Shown piece after piece: positions 27,072 to 36,067 of a stretch of 40,512 nt of DNA. The notes under the pieces are model-generated. The model saw only the letters and a list, made by a program, of their open reading frames with translations. It was not told the origin of the DNA and did no database searches. Positions within the stretch are counted from its first letter, which is position 1. Each line of letters opens with the position of its first letter. Where the stretch lies: assembly GCA_903928565.1 (NCBI GenBank), contig CAIYRH010000013.1, forward strand, positions 1 to 40,512, written 5' to 3'. The stretch is from Candidatus Staskawiczbacteria bacterium. Lineage in GTDB: Bacteria; Patescibacteriota; Minisyncoccia; Minisyncoccales; Staskawiczbacteraceae. A program made the position numbers and the translations under genes.

Positions 27072-28220
27072 TTAAGTGGTTCTTTCAGACAAAGTTGCTG
27101 TAACGTCCATTTCTTTTCCATTGCGCAAAATATGCAACTTTACCGTGTCTCCAACATTATATTTTTGAATTATTTTTGCCATTGAGTTGTCAACCGTAAT
27201 TTTTTCCCCGTTAAGTGACAAGATAACATCCTTTTCTTTTATGCCCGCTTTGTCGGCTGGTGAACCCGCGGTTACCGCCGGTTCGCCGTTATTGCCCCTT
27301 AAAACCAATGCCCCACTATCTACAGACAACTTATATTGTTGTTTTATTTGGTCGTCAATTAAAAGGTATCTTACTCCTAAAAACGGGTAAACAATTTTAT
27401 TGGTTGCTACAACCTGTTGAATGTCTCTTTTTGCCATATTAATTGGAATGGCAAACCCAATGCTTTGAGCCCCTTGCGCCATGGCGGTATTAATTCCTAT
27501 AACTTCCCCTTTTAAATTTAACAACGGCCCGCCCGAATTTCCCGAATTAATTGCCGCGTCTGTTTGAATTATGCCCTCCAAAGTTTCTGAAAATGTGCCA
27601 ATTTGATCTGAAGCCGAAATTGTTCTTTGCAAACCTGAAACTACTCCCACAGAAACCGAATTAGAAAACTGTCCCAGTGAATTTCCAATGGCAATGGCAG
27701 TTTGGCCAATTTGTATGTCCGAAGAATCGCCAAGAGTTACCGGCTTAAATGCTCCCCCGTCATTCGACGGGGTCCCGCTGGGGCGGGAAATTTTTAATAC
27801 AGCTAAGTCTTGCACCGGGTCCAAAGCTAAAACTTTTGCTTTATATTTTTGGCCATCATTTGCTAAAACTGTGTAGTCTGCCTTATTGTCTGAAACAACG
27901 TGCTTATTTGTTAAAACCAAACCGTCGGCTGAAACAATAAATCCCGACCCCGCCCCAATTTCCTGATAAACTGGCAGACTGTTTGAGATAACAATGCTAA
28001 CTACAGAGGGCGAAACGTTTTTTGCAGCATCAATTATAGACTGTTCGTAAGAAACATTTGAAACATATTTATTTTGCGCAGGCGCATTTGCAACTTTAAG
28101 TGTTAGCGAGGGCAAATAATGCAAAACAGCCACGGCTGCTGAGCCAATAATTATTACAACTAATATTACAACCCAAAAACTTCTAGATTCTTTCAAATTA
28201 AATTTTGGTAAATTATACAT
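27072..28220 (-). CDS. htrA: HtrA/DegP-family serine protease with one PDZ domain
   Basis: TM anchor; GSGFIV, LTNKHVV, DLAVLKI, IQTDAAINSGNSGGPL; PDZ GSPADKAGIKEKDVI. Confidence 0.93.
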   Translation of the reverse strand: MYNLPKFNLKESRSFWVVILVVIIIGSAAVAVLHYLPSLTLKVANAPAQNKYVSNVSYEQSIIDAAKNVSPSVVSIVISNSLPVYQEIGAGSGFIVSADGLVLTNKHVVSDNKADYTVLANDGQKYKAKVLALDPVQDLAVLKISRPSGTPSNDGGAFKPVTLGDSSDIQIGQTAIAIGNSLGQFSNSVSVGVVSGLQRTISASDQIGTFSETLEGIIQTDAAINSGNSGGPLLNLKGEVIGINTAMAQGAQSIGFAIPINMAKRDIQQVVATNKIVYPFLGVRYLLIDDQIKQQYKLSVDSGALVLRGNNGEPAVTAGSPADKAGIKEKDVILSLNGEKITVDNSMAKIIQKYNVGDTVKLHILRNGKEMDVTATLSERTT

Positions 28221-28228
28221 ATTTATAT

Positions 28229-28945
28229 TTATTTATTTTTATCTTTATGGTGGTCAAATTTATATTTAAAAATATCGGTCTTAACCGGCCCCAAAAACAA
28301 CATGTGCAGTTCGCATAAAAAATATTTTGCACCAGTTGAAAGCCACCCGTCTGTTTTAAACCTTCTGTCTGAAACAAAAATTTCTGTTGTTTTTAAAATT
28401 CCAAATTTTGCTTTAAACACTCTGGTAGCTCTTCTAACCAAATAAACATCTTCAGCTAATTTTACGTCTTCATCAAAACCCCCAATTTTCTCAAACATAA
28501 CTTTCTTAATAAAAATTCCCATGGCTGCATGCGGCAAAGCGCTTTCCAACAAAACTACCGGCTGATTATAGAAAATATTTAATAAAAATGCAGACATTTT
28601 AGTATTTGGCAGAGGAACTAAACAAAGACCAGCCGCATCAAGATTTCTTTTTTCAATTTCCAATAAAGATTTTTCTAAAAAATGGTCTGGCAAAGCTTCG
28701 TCGGCGTCTACAAAGAATAACATTTCCCCCTTGGCAACTTTAGCGCCAAGGTTTCTTCCCCTGCCGGGCAACCCACCGGGAGTTATTATGCATCCGTATT
28801 GTTTAGCAATTTCAATTGTTTTGTCTTTTGAACCGGCGTCGGCAACAATTATTTCGTATTCACCAAAAGCCTGTCTTTTAATTGATTCTAAAAGCAACGG
28901 TAAATATTTTTCTTCATTTAAAGATGGAATAATTATACTTATCAT
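28229..28945 (-). CDS. Glycosyltransferase family 2
   Basis: ISIIIPSLNEE, IIVADAGSKD, RNLGA, FVDAD, GGFDE...ED. Confidence 0.93.
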   Translation of the reverse strand: MISIIIPSLNEEKYLPLLLESIKRQAFGEYEIIVADAGSKDKTIEIAKQYGCIITPGGLPGRGRNLGAKVAKGEMLFFVDADEALPDHFLEKSLLEIEKRNLDAAGLCLVPLPNTKMSAFLLNIFYNQPVVLLESALPHAAMGIFIKKVMFEKIGGFDEDVKLAEDVYLVRRATRVFKAKFGILKTTEIFVSDRRFKTDGWLSTGAKYFLCELHMLFLGPVKTDIFKYKFDHHKDKNK

Positions 28946-28948
28946 ATT

Positions 28949-29977
28949 TTAATTTAATTGAAATAGTTGTTTAGCCTCTTCCCAAATTGCCGGCTGGTTT
29001 TTCGTGGTTTTCATCCAATACCACCATTCTACACCCCAAAAATAGAATTTATTTAACCCCGAATCTTTTGCAAACTTCACATTTTCATTAAATATTTCCG
29101 GATTCATTGTTTTCAATTGGACATTTACCGGCGCTTTACTTAGAAACCCCGAAACCCACGGTTCTGCCTGCAATTCTATACAAATCACATCTTTACCAAA
29201 TATTCTATTAATTATTAAAGCTTTCCTTGAATAAAATACCGGCGAAAAAACAGAATGGAAATAGAAACCAAAACTTTCTGTTATACTGGTCCATGCTTCC
29301 CTGTACATTGTGGTGCCAACAATATCTCCAATTTTAGCAGCCCCAAACCAAGAAGAATACTCTCCAGTGTCTGAAACAATTATTTTTCTTGTGGGGTCTA
29401 ATGCTTTTACAGTTGCCACTTCTGTTTTTAAAAAGTCATCGTTTTTGTAATACCAATTGGGGCAATCACCAAAATTAAAAAATGGCTCATTTTCAACCTG
29501 CCAATAGGTTATGGCCTGATTATCTTTATATCTTAGCACAACGGCTTTAATATAGTCTAGAATGGCCGTTTTTTGAGCGTCTTCATCTAAATTACTGGCC
29601 CACTTTGGTATATGACATTCTGGCCATCTTCCACTTTTCATTCCAACAACATAAATAATTTTAACCCCCTTTTCATTAGCTTGTTCTAATTGCCAGTCTG
29701 TATCGTTAAAATAATAAGTGTCTTTTGAGCCCTCAAGCCAATCCCATTGTGTGTGAAGTTTAATATTTTTAACCCCCAAATCATTAATTATTGCTGAATA
29801 AGCGTCTTTCCAATTTAAACCCAATGTTTGTGCCTGCATTTGCGAAAAATCAACACCCCAAGTAATGTTTCTTTGCACCGGGGCTGCGCCCACAAAATAA
29901 TAACAAAAAATAATCGCCAAAATTATTATAATTATTGCTAAAAAAATTGCTAAAAATTTTATGGTTCTCTTAATCAT
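28949..29977 (-). CDS. Membrane-anchored clan GH-A glycoside hydrolase (GH5/GH42-like)
   Basis: TM anchor; WDWLE, RWPECHIP.W, WQVENEP (acid/base), IELQAEPW (nucleophile), FWGVEWW. Confidence 0.8.
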   Translation of the reverse strand: MIKRTIKFLAIFLAIIIIILAIIFCYYFVGAAPVQRNITWGVDFSQMQAQTLGLNWKDAYSAIINDLGVKNIKLHTQWDWLEGSKDTYYFNDTDWQLEQANEKGVKIIYVVGMKSGRWPECHIPKWASNLDEDAQKTAILDYIKAVVLRYKDNQAITYWQVENEPFFNFGDCPNWYYKNDDFLKTEVATVKALDPTRKIIVSDTGEYSSWFGAAKIGDIVGTTMYREAWTSITESFGFYFHSVFSPVFYSRKALIINRIFGKDVICIELQAEPWVSGFLSKAPVNVQLKTMNPEIFNENVKFAKDSGLNKFYFWGVEWWYWMKTTKNQPAIWEEAKQLFQLN

Positions 29978-31296
29978 TTTTGTTGTCCTACAACTAACTT
30001 TTCAATATTATAAGCACCCATTTTTTCTATTTCCACAAAACCCTGCATTGCAACTTCGGCTAAGTCTCCCGAATTTAATGAGTCATAAAACCATTCGTGA
30101 GCATATTTTGGGTTTTCCTGCGCCAAGCCCGCTCCCACATGCAATAACCACCGTTTATTAAAATCTTCTTGCGAACCAATTGGTGGTGCAATAATTATTG
30201 GAATACCCAAACCCGCATAAAATGAAAGCTCGGAAGGTTTTGTCCACAAAACATCTGTTTCTCTTAATGCTTCATTAAAAACTCTAAAATATTCGTCTGT
30301 TGTTATGGCAGATAATATGTGCACCCAGCCGTCTAATTTTAAATCTTTAATGTTTTCTGCGTAATATTTTCTTAGTTCCTCCCGCACTCCAATAGCAATA
30401 ATAAATCTTAATTTTCTGTTTATAATTTTTTCTTTTAAACTATTTATTATATCTAACGGAATTTCTTTTTGCGCTCCCGCGCCCCCAATTGAAAACATAA
30501 TTGTTAAGGGGTGGTTAGACTTTTCCGGTAATTTGCCCAACAAACTTTTAACCAACGGGCTATAAGTTGTTGTATATTTTTTTTGCGGGTCTAAATTTAT
30601 AAGACGGTTTTTCATATCTTCCTTTAAAATTTCCAAATCTTTCCCAACATTTTCTTTTGGCAATGGGTAACCGGTTAAAAAGATATTGCTTTCTTTTACG
30701 CCATAAAGTTTTAACCTGTCGCGCACCCAAGTGCAAGGCGCCAAATATTTTATTTTGCTTTTTTTAGGTTCTAAAGGAGCCCAAGAGCGGTTAATGTCTG
30801 CATCGCAAACTACGCAATAAATTGGTGAAGGGTATTTAAATTCTTCGGCCATAAAAGCTGGCGTAAAAAAAGTTGAAACCACCGGTAAAGGATTTTTCTT
30901 AAACCTTTCAATTAAATCTTTGCCCCAGCCTTTATCAATAAAACGAAAAATATTTTTTAGCACAAAATTTGGCTTAGATAAATCTTCTTCGGGGTAATAC
31001 TTCATTATTTTTTGAAAGCTGTCTAAAATAGAAAAGGTTATATTGCCCAAAACGGGAATATTTTTAAATCTTGAAACTAATTCATATAAAGTCCGCGTTT
31101 GTTGCCAAAACTTTTTATCTTTTTTGGGTATGCCGTGATAACTGTTAGCATTTATTACTCTACCAGAAAAAGCAATGTCTCTTAAGGGGTAGGCTGTTCG
31201 TTGGTGCCCATAACCCATGTCGGCTGCAACCACCCATGCCCTTCGACTTCGCTCAGGACCTTCGGCTTTTTTATTTTCGACGAAATTATTTTTCAT
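29974..31296 (-). CDS. GT-B fold glycosyltransferase-like protein (MGDG synthase/MurG-like)
   Basis: ADMGYGHQRTA, VVCDAD, TGYPLP, IGGAGAQ, DVLWTKPSEL, PIGSQE.FN. Confidence 0.7.
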   Translation of the reverse strand: MKNNFVENKKAEGPERSRRAWVVAADMGYGHQRTAYPLRDIAFSGRVINANSYHGIPKKDKKFWQQTRTLYELVSRFKNIPVLGNITFSILDSFQKIMKYYPEEDLSKPNFVLKNIFRFIDKGWGKDLIERFKKNPLPVVSTFFTPAFMAEEFKYPSPIYCVVCDADINRSWAPLEPKKSKIKYLAPCTWVRDRLKLYGVKESNIFLTGYPLPKENVGKDLEILKEDMKNRLINLDPQKKYTTTYSPLVKSLLGKLPEKSNHPLTIMFSIGGAGAQKEIPLDIINSLKEKIINRKLRFIIAIGVREELRKYYAENIKDLKLDGWVHILSAITTDEYFRVFNEALRETDVLWTKPSELSFYAGLGIPIIIAPPIGSQEDFNKRWLLHVGAGLAQENPKYAHEWFYDSLNSGDLAEVAMQGFVEIEKMGAYNIEKLVVGQQK

Positions 31297-31444
31297 GTTG
31301 GTTAATTATACTATATTTTTTACAAAAAAAAGAGTCGCTTAAACCATTGCTAATTGGAAAATTATGTGCTACTATATTATTTGAGTTTGCGTGCAATTGC
31401 GCACACTCAAAAAAACGCCTGGACCTTACCAACCCAATACACCC

Positions 31445-31855
31445 ATGAAAGAAATTCACGGCATCTGCATATATTGTGGAGACCCAAGGAAAGCGACTGC
31501 GAACCTTTGGAAATACATAAAAGCCGAACTAATCCCCGAAGCAGAAAGATATACTCCAATAGGACAACTCGGAGGCGCAATACCTTTGGCTCGCCCAGCA
31601 GATTTCCCCATAAAATTTGCCGCAATTATGGAGGACATTAAGTTCGCCCTTGAGGAGTTTGCCGAAAGCAAGTTCATCTTAGTCGGCCACGACTGTGGAA
31701 TCTACAAGCGCCTTGCCCCAAAGAATTTTACGCTTGAAGAAAAAAAGAGGGATATTGCCCTCGCCGCAGCCTTTCTGAGGGAGTACTATCCCAACGTACC
31801 CGTTTCAGCGTGGTTCAAAAATGTCGGCGTAGCGGAGTTCGAAAAAATCTCATAG
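31445..31855 (+). CDS. Small beta-carbonic-anhydrase-like protein
   Basis: CIYCGDPR (CxDxR), GG, LVGHDCG (HxC in place of HxxC); start uncertain. Confidence 0.5.
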   Translation: MKEIHGICIYCGDPRKATANLWKYIKAELIPEAERYTPIGQLGGAIPLARPADFPIKFAAIMEDIKFALEEFAESKFILVGHDCGIYKRLAPKNFTLEEKKRDIALAAAFLREYYPNVPVSAWFKNVGVAEFEKIS

Positions 31856-31931
31856 TTCATTCTATTTAGGGCTGAAAAGCCACATATCTCCTGACCCCCC
31901 ACAGGAGACTTTTTTTACCTACTGTCGTAAA

Positions 31932-33434
31932 TTATATAAATTTTTGAGAATATTTTTTGTGTAAAAATGACACAACAAAGCTAATTATTAAATAAGCCAC
32001 GAAAACCCAAACCCATGAAACGCTGGTAACGCTTCTTGCCATCCATGGTTGCGAAAAAATATCTATTATTTTCACAAAATAAGATAATAAAATCCAACAC
32101 GGTATGAATAAAATAAATCCTATAACATTTGAAAAAACTCCGCATATGGCCACTAAAAACCCAAAAACCATAAGCCAATAAACAATGGGAAGAACCAAAA
32201 AATTTGTTATGGGAGAGACAAAAGACACATTTCCAAAATTATAAACCATAACAGGCAAAGTAAAAATTTGAGCAGAAATAGTTGTAGAAATAATAGTCAC
32301 CAAATTAGGTGCTTTTTCTTTTGTAATTTTTTTTATCAATAATTTAATAAAAGGTTCTAAATAAATTAACCCTAAAACTGCCAAAAAGGAAAGCTGAAAC
32401 CCCACATCATAAAATAATAATAATGGGTTTATTATTAACATTACCGTACATGCAGTCACAATAATTCTGGATCCCGCACTTTGCCTTCCAATTTTCTGCG
32501 CCAATAGAAAAAGGCCACCCATAATTCCCGCCCTAACCCCAGATGGAGGCAAGCCCGTTAAAATAATATAAAAACATATAAAGAATATTGCAAAATAAAA
32601 AGCCTTGCCCCTACTAAACCCTACAGCTAATAAAAGGGACATAATTATTTCGCTTAAAATAACAACGTGAGTCCCCGAAACTGCAATAACATGACGAAGT
32701 CCTGTAATATTTAACTGCTTTTTTAAATCGTTAGACATTGCTCCATTATCTCCTAAAATAGTACCTTCTAAAATTGAACTTTGAGGAGGATAAAAATTAT
32801 ATCTAATGCTCTCCCTAATTTTCTGTTTAGAAAATAAAATTAAAGAATAGGTTCTTTGTAATAAGCTTGGCTTAATGCTTCCAATAACCTTAACATCTGG
32901 GAAATTCATTACAGAATAAATGCCGTCTTTCATTAGATAATTCCTATAAGACCCAGAAAATACTCCATCTTCAATTTCTCCTGGGGTTTCCAACTTACCA
33001 ATAATATTTACCTTGTCTAAATACTTATATTCCGGATATCTTTTTGTTGTTATTAAAACCGTGCTGTCTGCAACTCTTACTTTCAATTTTTGGTAAGTAT
33101 CTCTAAGATCGGGCTCACTTAAAATTACGCCCGTAAAAACTACCTTGCCTTTTCCGTTAAATTGGCTTAATTTATCATTAGCAATATTAAATTCTGTAAT
33201 TTGCACTCGCAAAATTCCTAGAGCAAGAGAAATTAGACAAAATCCAAAAACCAAAAGCCTATTCCAATGTTCTTGAGAACATAAGAATAGCCGAATAGTT
33301 GAAACAAAAATTATTAAAACGGTTACAACAAAAATCCCGCAAACAAAAATTTGCGGGATTTTTATAATTGATTCCAAAAATATTCCTGCTATAAACGATA
33401 AACAAAGAAAAAATAATATTTTTGAAGCGGACAT
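31932..33434 (-). CDS. comEC: ComEC/Rec2 competence channel (no C-terminal metallo-beta-lactamase domain)
   Basis: OB-like domain; TGLRHVIAVSGTHV, PSGVRAGIM, DVGFQLSFLA, AQIFTLP. Confidence 0.93.
   Translation of the reverse strand: MSASKILFFLCLSFIAGIFLESIIKIPQIFVCGIFVVTVLIIFVSTIRLFLCSQEHWNRLLVFGFCLISLALGILRVQITEFNIANDKLSQFNGKGKVVFTGVILSEPDLRDTYQKLKVRVADSTVLITTKRYPEYKYLDKVNIIGKLETPGEIEDGVFSGSYRNYLMKDGIYSVMNFPDVKVIGSIKPSLLQRTYSLILFSKQKIRESIRYNFYPPQSSILEGTILGDNGAMSNDLKKQLNITGLRHVIAVSGTHVVILSEIIMSLLLAVGFSRGKAFYFAIFFICFYIILTGLPPSGVRAGIMGGLFLLAQKIGRQSAGSRIIVTACTVMLIINPLLLFYDVGFQLSFLAVLGLIYLEPFIKLLIKKITKEKAPNLVTIISTTISAQIFTLPVMVYNFGNVSFVSPITNFLVLPIVYWLMVFGFLVAICGVFSNVIGFILFIPCWILLSYFVKIIDIFSQPWMARSVTSVSWVWVFVAYLIISFVVSFLHKKYSQKFI
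33259..33290. repeat. 32-bp palindromic element (CTATTC family), copy C, in comEC
   Basis: CTATTCCAATGTTCTTGAGAACATAAGAATAG; encodes LFLCSQEHWNR. Confidence 0.9.
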
Positions 33435-33441
33435 CTAAGTA

Positions 33442-33611
33442 GCGAGGCAATGAGTTTTCTAAGCGAAGGCAACAAACTTTTTGTAGACCCAGGTCCACTT
33501 GCCTGAAAAGGCAAAGGGGGTTACCTGCATCGGAAAAAAGTTTGTTGCCGAGTGCAAAACACTGCCGAGCGATAGAAAAAGGTTGTTGCCGAGCACAAAA
33601 CACTGCCGAGC
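33442..33611 (+). other. Structured intergenic element (nested inverted repeats plus a 41-bp-period duplication)
   Basis: GGCAACAAACTTTTT (33468-33482) / AAAAAGTTTGTTGCC (33535-33549) enclosing CAGGT..TTGCCT-GAAA-AGGCAA..ACCTG; direct repeats at 33542-33570 and 33583-33611. Confidence 0.7.
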
Positions 33612-33618
33612 AAAAAAA

Positions 33619-34323
33619 CTATCGAAGTTTACAGTCCTTAAAATATGGAGAAATTTCTTTTACAATATCTTCTAAAAATTCTTCTTTAAAAGGTTTTATT
33701 TTTTCAAATTCCGGATCAATTGTTTTTTCTGCTCTGAAATTCTGCAAATAATATTTAACATCTGGCCCACCTATCCACTTAGCAATTTTTAACAAATCTT
33801 GCTTATCGTGAATTGTATCTACAACCGTTGTTCTAAATTCCCAATCAAGTTTTCCTTGCTTTAGAAATTCTACGCTTTCTTCAATTTGAGCAAGGGTAAT
33901 GCCCTCTATCATTAAATTTTTGTAAGCCGGGTTATCTTGCGCGGTCTTTATATCCATTGCCACATAATCTACCAGTCGTGCCTGCACCAATTCTTTTAAC
34001 ATTTTTGGGTTAGAGCCATTGGTATCTAATTTAACAAAAAAACCCAAATGCTTCATTTTTTCTATAAATTTTGGCAAATCTTTATTTATTGTTGGCTCGC
34101 CCCCGCAAATTACCACGCCTTCCAACATTCCCTGACGGCTTTTTAAAAAATTAAAAAATTCTTCTTCGGCCATTCTTGGTTGTTTGGCAATTTTTAACGG
34201 CAAAACCAGCTCTGCCGAATAACACCACGGGCACCTAAAATTGCACCCAGCCAAAAAAACCACGCAGGCAATCTTGCCCGGGTAGTCAATTAAAGTTGTT
34301 TTTTGTAATCCAGCTATTATCAT
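33619..34323 (-). CDS. nrdG: Anaerobic ribonucleoside-triphosphate reductase activating protein
   Basis: LIDYPGKIACVVF.AGCNFRCPWC, ICGGEPT, KLDTNGS, DYVAMDIK, EFRTT; in the nrdD neighbourhood. Confidence 0.92.
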   Translation of the reverse strand: MIIAGLQKTTLIDYPGKIACVVFLAGCNFRCPWCYSAELVLPLKIAKQPRMAEEEFFNFLKSRQGMLEGVVICGGEPTINKDLPKFIEKMKHLGFFVKLDTNGSNPKMLKELVQARLVDYVAMDIKTAQDNPAYKNLMIEGITLAQIEESVEFLKQGKLDWEFRTTVVDTIHDKQDLLKIAKWIGGPDVKYYLQNFRAEKTIDPEFEKIKPFKEEFLEDIVKEISPYFKDCKLR

Positions 34324-34332
34324 ATATTTATT

Positions 34333-36042
34333 TTAAGCTACTTCACTATTGTAGCACGATTCGCAATAAACAATTTCTGGCCTGTCGGGCGCGTAACTAG
34401 TTTCAAATTCATTAGTACATCCTTCTTTCATGCATTGGCGGTGAAACAAGTGAAATTTGTTCCTTTGCAAAATTCTCTCTGCATAACGGCATTCAACACA
34501 TAACCTGGGCAAGGGCAATTCTTCTTTTCTTAAAAATTCTAATTCTGGTTTTATAATACGGTAAGCCTTTTTACATTTATCACATGCAATTAATTTTGAA
34601 ATAATAGTATCTTCAGCGTCTATAATTGAATTTGGTAAATCACTTGCATTTATATTCACTTCATATTCTGTTTTTTCTACGTTGTCCCAGCTAAATCCTT
34701 GCTCTGACGCTTGTTCTCGCGTTAAAGGAAAATATTCATTTACTACAGAAGTATTATATTCAAATGGAGAATGCTCTATTGGAAAAAATTCGCCATATTT
34801 GTATACTCTTCCCTTTTTATCAATATAGGGCAACATATTCATATGTTCAATAATTTTCTTTACCAGTTCGTAATAAACGGTTTCAGAATATTGTTTATTA
34901 AAAATACAATATTTTTTATTTATTAAACCAAAACAACCAAAACAGTCAGAACTATTTTTCATAAACATGCAATATGCTAAATTGCTATTCTCTGGCCAAC
35001 ATTCCACGCAAAACTTAGAATTAGACAATCCATAGCCACATGTCGTATTTTCGTAGCAAAGCTCATTAGGAGAGCCCCACACAGATATGTCCATAGAATC
35101 CTTTGACCCGGGGACTGTATGATTTTGGCAGTAACGAAGATTGTCGCCTTCATAAACAAGATATCCCATATAGATATTGCGTGAATGAGAAATATATTCT
35201 CCCAAGACGTTAGAGTTGTTAGTGCCCTGTATATATTTTACCGGCGCCTTAAGCCAAAACTCGTGAGATTTTTTCTTTACATCCTGGCACCCGCTCCACG
35301 TTTGTAATGAAAATAATTTAACTTTTTCCTCATATTCTTTTTTAGAATAAGGAACATTAAAAATGTGGTGCGATTTGTTTCGCAAATTAACGCATCCAAA
35401 ACAGTCTACGCATCCTTTACAATTTTTAGAAAATAAAACATTTGTGCAGTCATTACACTGAGTTGAAAAATGCGTTCGGTAACAATTCATTGACCAAAAT
35501 AATTCATATGACCGTTCGCACTCAGTTATGCTTGTGGAATCAAAACACTCCCTGCAATGAAAAGATGCGTTACAATAAGCACTATTTTCCATGTGACTTG
35601 TATTAAAAATTAGGTACGAATCTTTCGCATAGTCTGAATTTGCAATAAATTCCGATCTTAAATTACCAACGTCACCCGAAGTTCCCCAATGAGGCACAGT
35701 TAAAGAAAGCTCATGAAACTGCTCAAAAAATGGCTTTGAAAAGTTGTAATCAACTCCATATAGCATGGCATCCCAATCATCTTCACGCCATTCGTCGTCA
35801 CTATAAACAGGAATTTTAGATTGCTTAGAATATAATGAAAATATTTTCTTGCCCGTCTTTAAACTAATATTAAAAAATGCTTTGCGTTCGTTTCTGTAAG
35901 ACATTCTTCTTTGAAACCTACATTTCCAACAAAATGTTGGGGCGGGAACTTTCATTTTTTCGTAAAACGCAAAATCATCGGGCTCAATTACAAAGTCCTG
36001 TTTACAATTTTGGCAAACTTTTGTTTCACTTAAATGTTCCAT
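34333..36042 (-). CDS. Cys-rich Zn-ribbon / beta-solenoid-like protein, paralog 1
   Basis: CxxC pairs at both ends, Cys/Ser/Asn-rich short repeats, CFGCVNLRNK, YKYGEFFP, FETSYAPDRPEIVYCESCY. Confidence 0.85.
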   Translation of the reverse strand: MEHLSETKVCQNCKQDFVIEPDDFAFYEKMKVPAPTFCWKCRFQRRMSYRNERKAFFNISLKTGKKIFSLYSKQSKIPVYSDDEWREDDWDAMLYGVDYNFSKPFFEQFHELSLTVPHWGTSGDVGNLRSEFIANSDYAKDSYLIFNTSHMENSAYCNASFHCRECFDSTSITECERSYELFWSMNCYRTHFSTQCNDCTNVLFSKNCKGCVDCFGCVNLRNKSHHIFNVPYSKKEYEEKVKLFSLQTWSGCQDVKKKSHEFWLKAPVKYIQGTNNSNVLGEYISHSRNIYMGYLVYEGDNLRYCQNHTVPGSKDSMDISVWGSPNELCYENTTCGYGLSNSKFCVECWPENSNLAYCMFMKNSSDCFGCFGLINKKYCIFNKQYSETVYYELVKKIIEHMNMLPYIDKKGRVYKYGEFFPIEHSPFEYNTSVVNEYFPLTREQASEQGFSWDNVEKTEYEVNINASDLPNSIIDAEDTIISKLIACDKCKKAYRIIKPELEFLRKEELPLPRLCVECRYAERILQRNKFHLFHRQCMKEGCTNEFETSYAPDRPEIVYCESCYNSEVA

Positions 36043-36067
36043 GTTATTTGTACTGTCATGCGTACTG

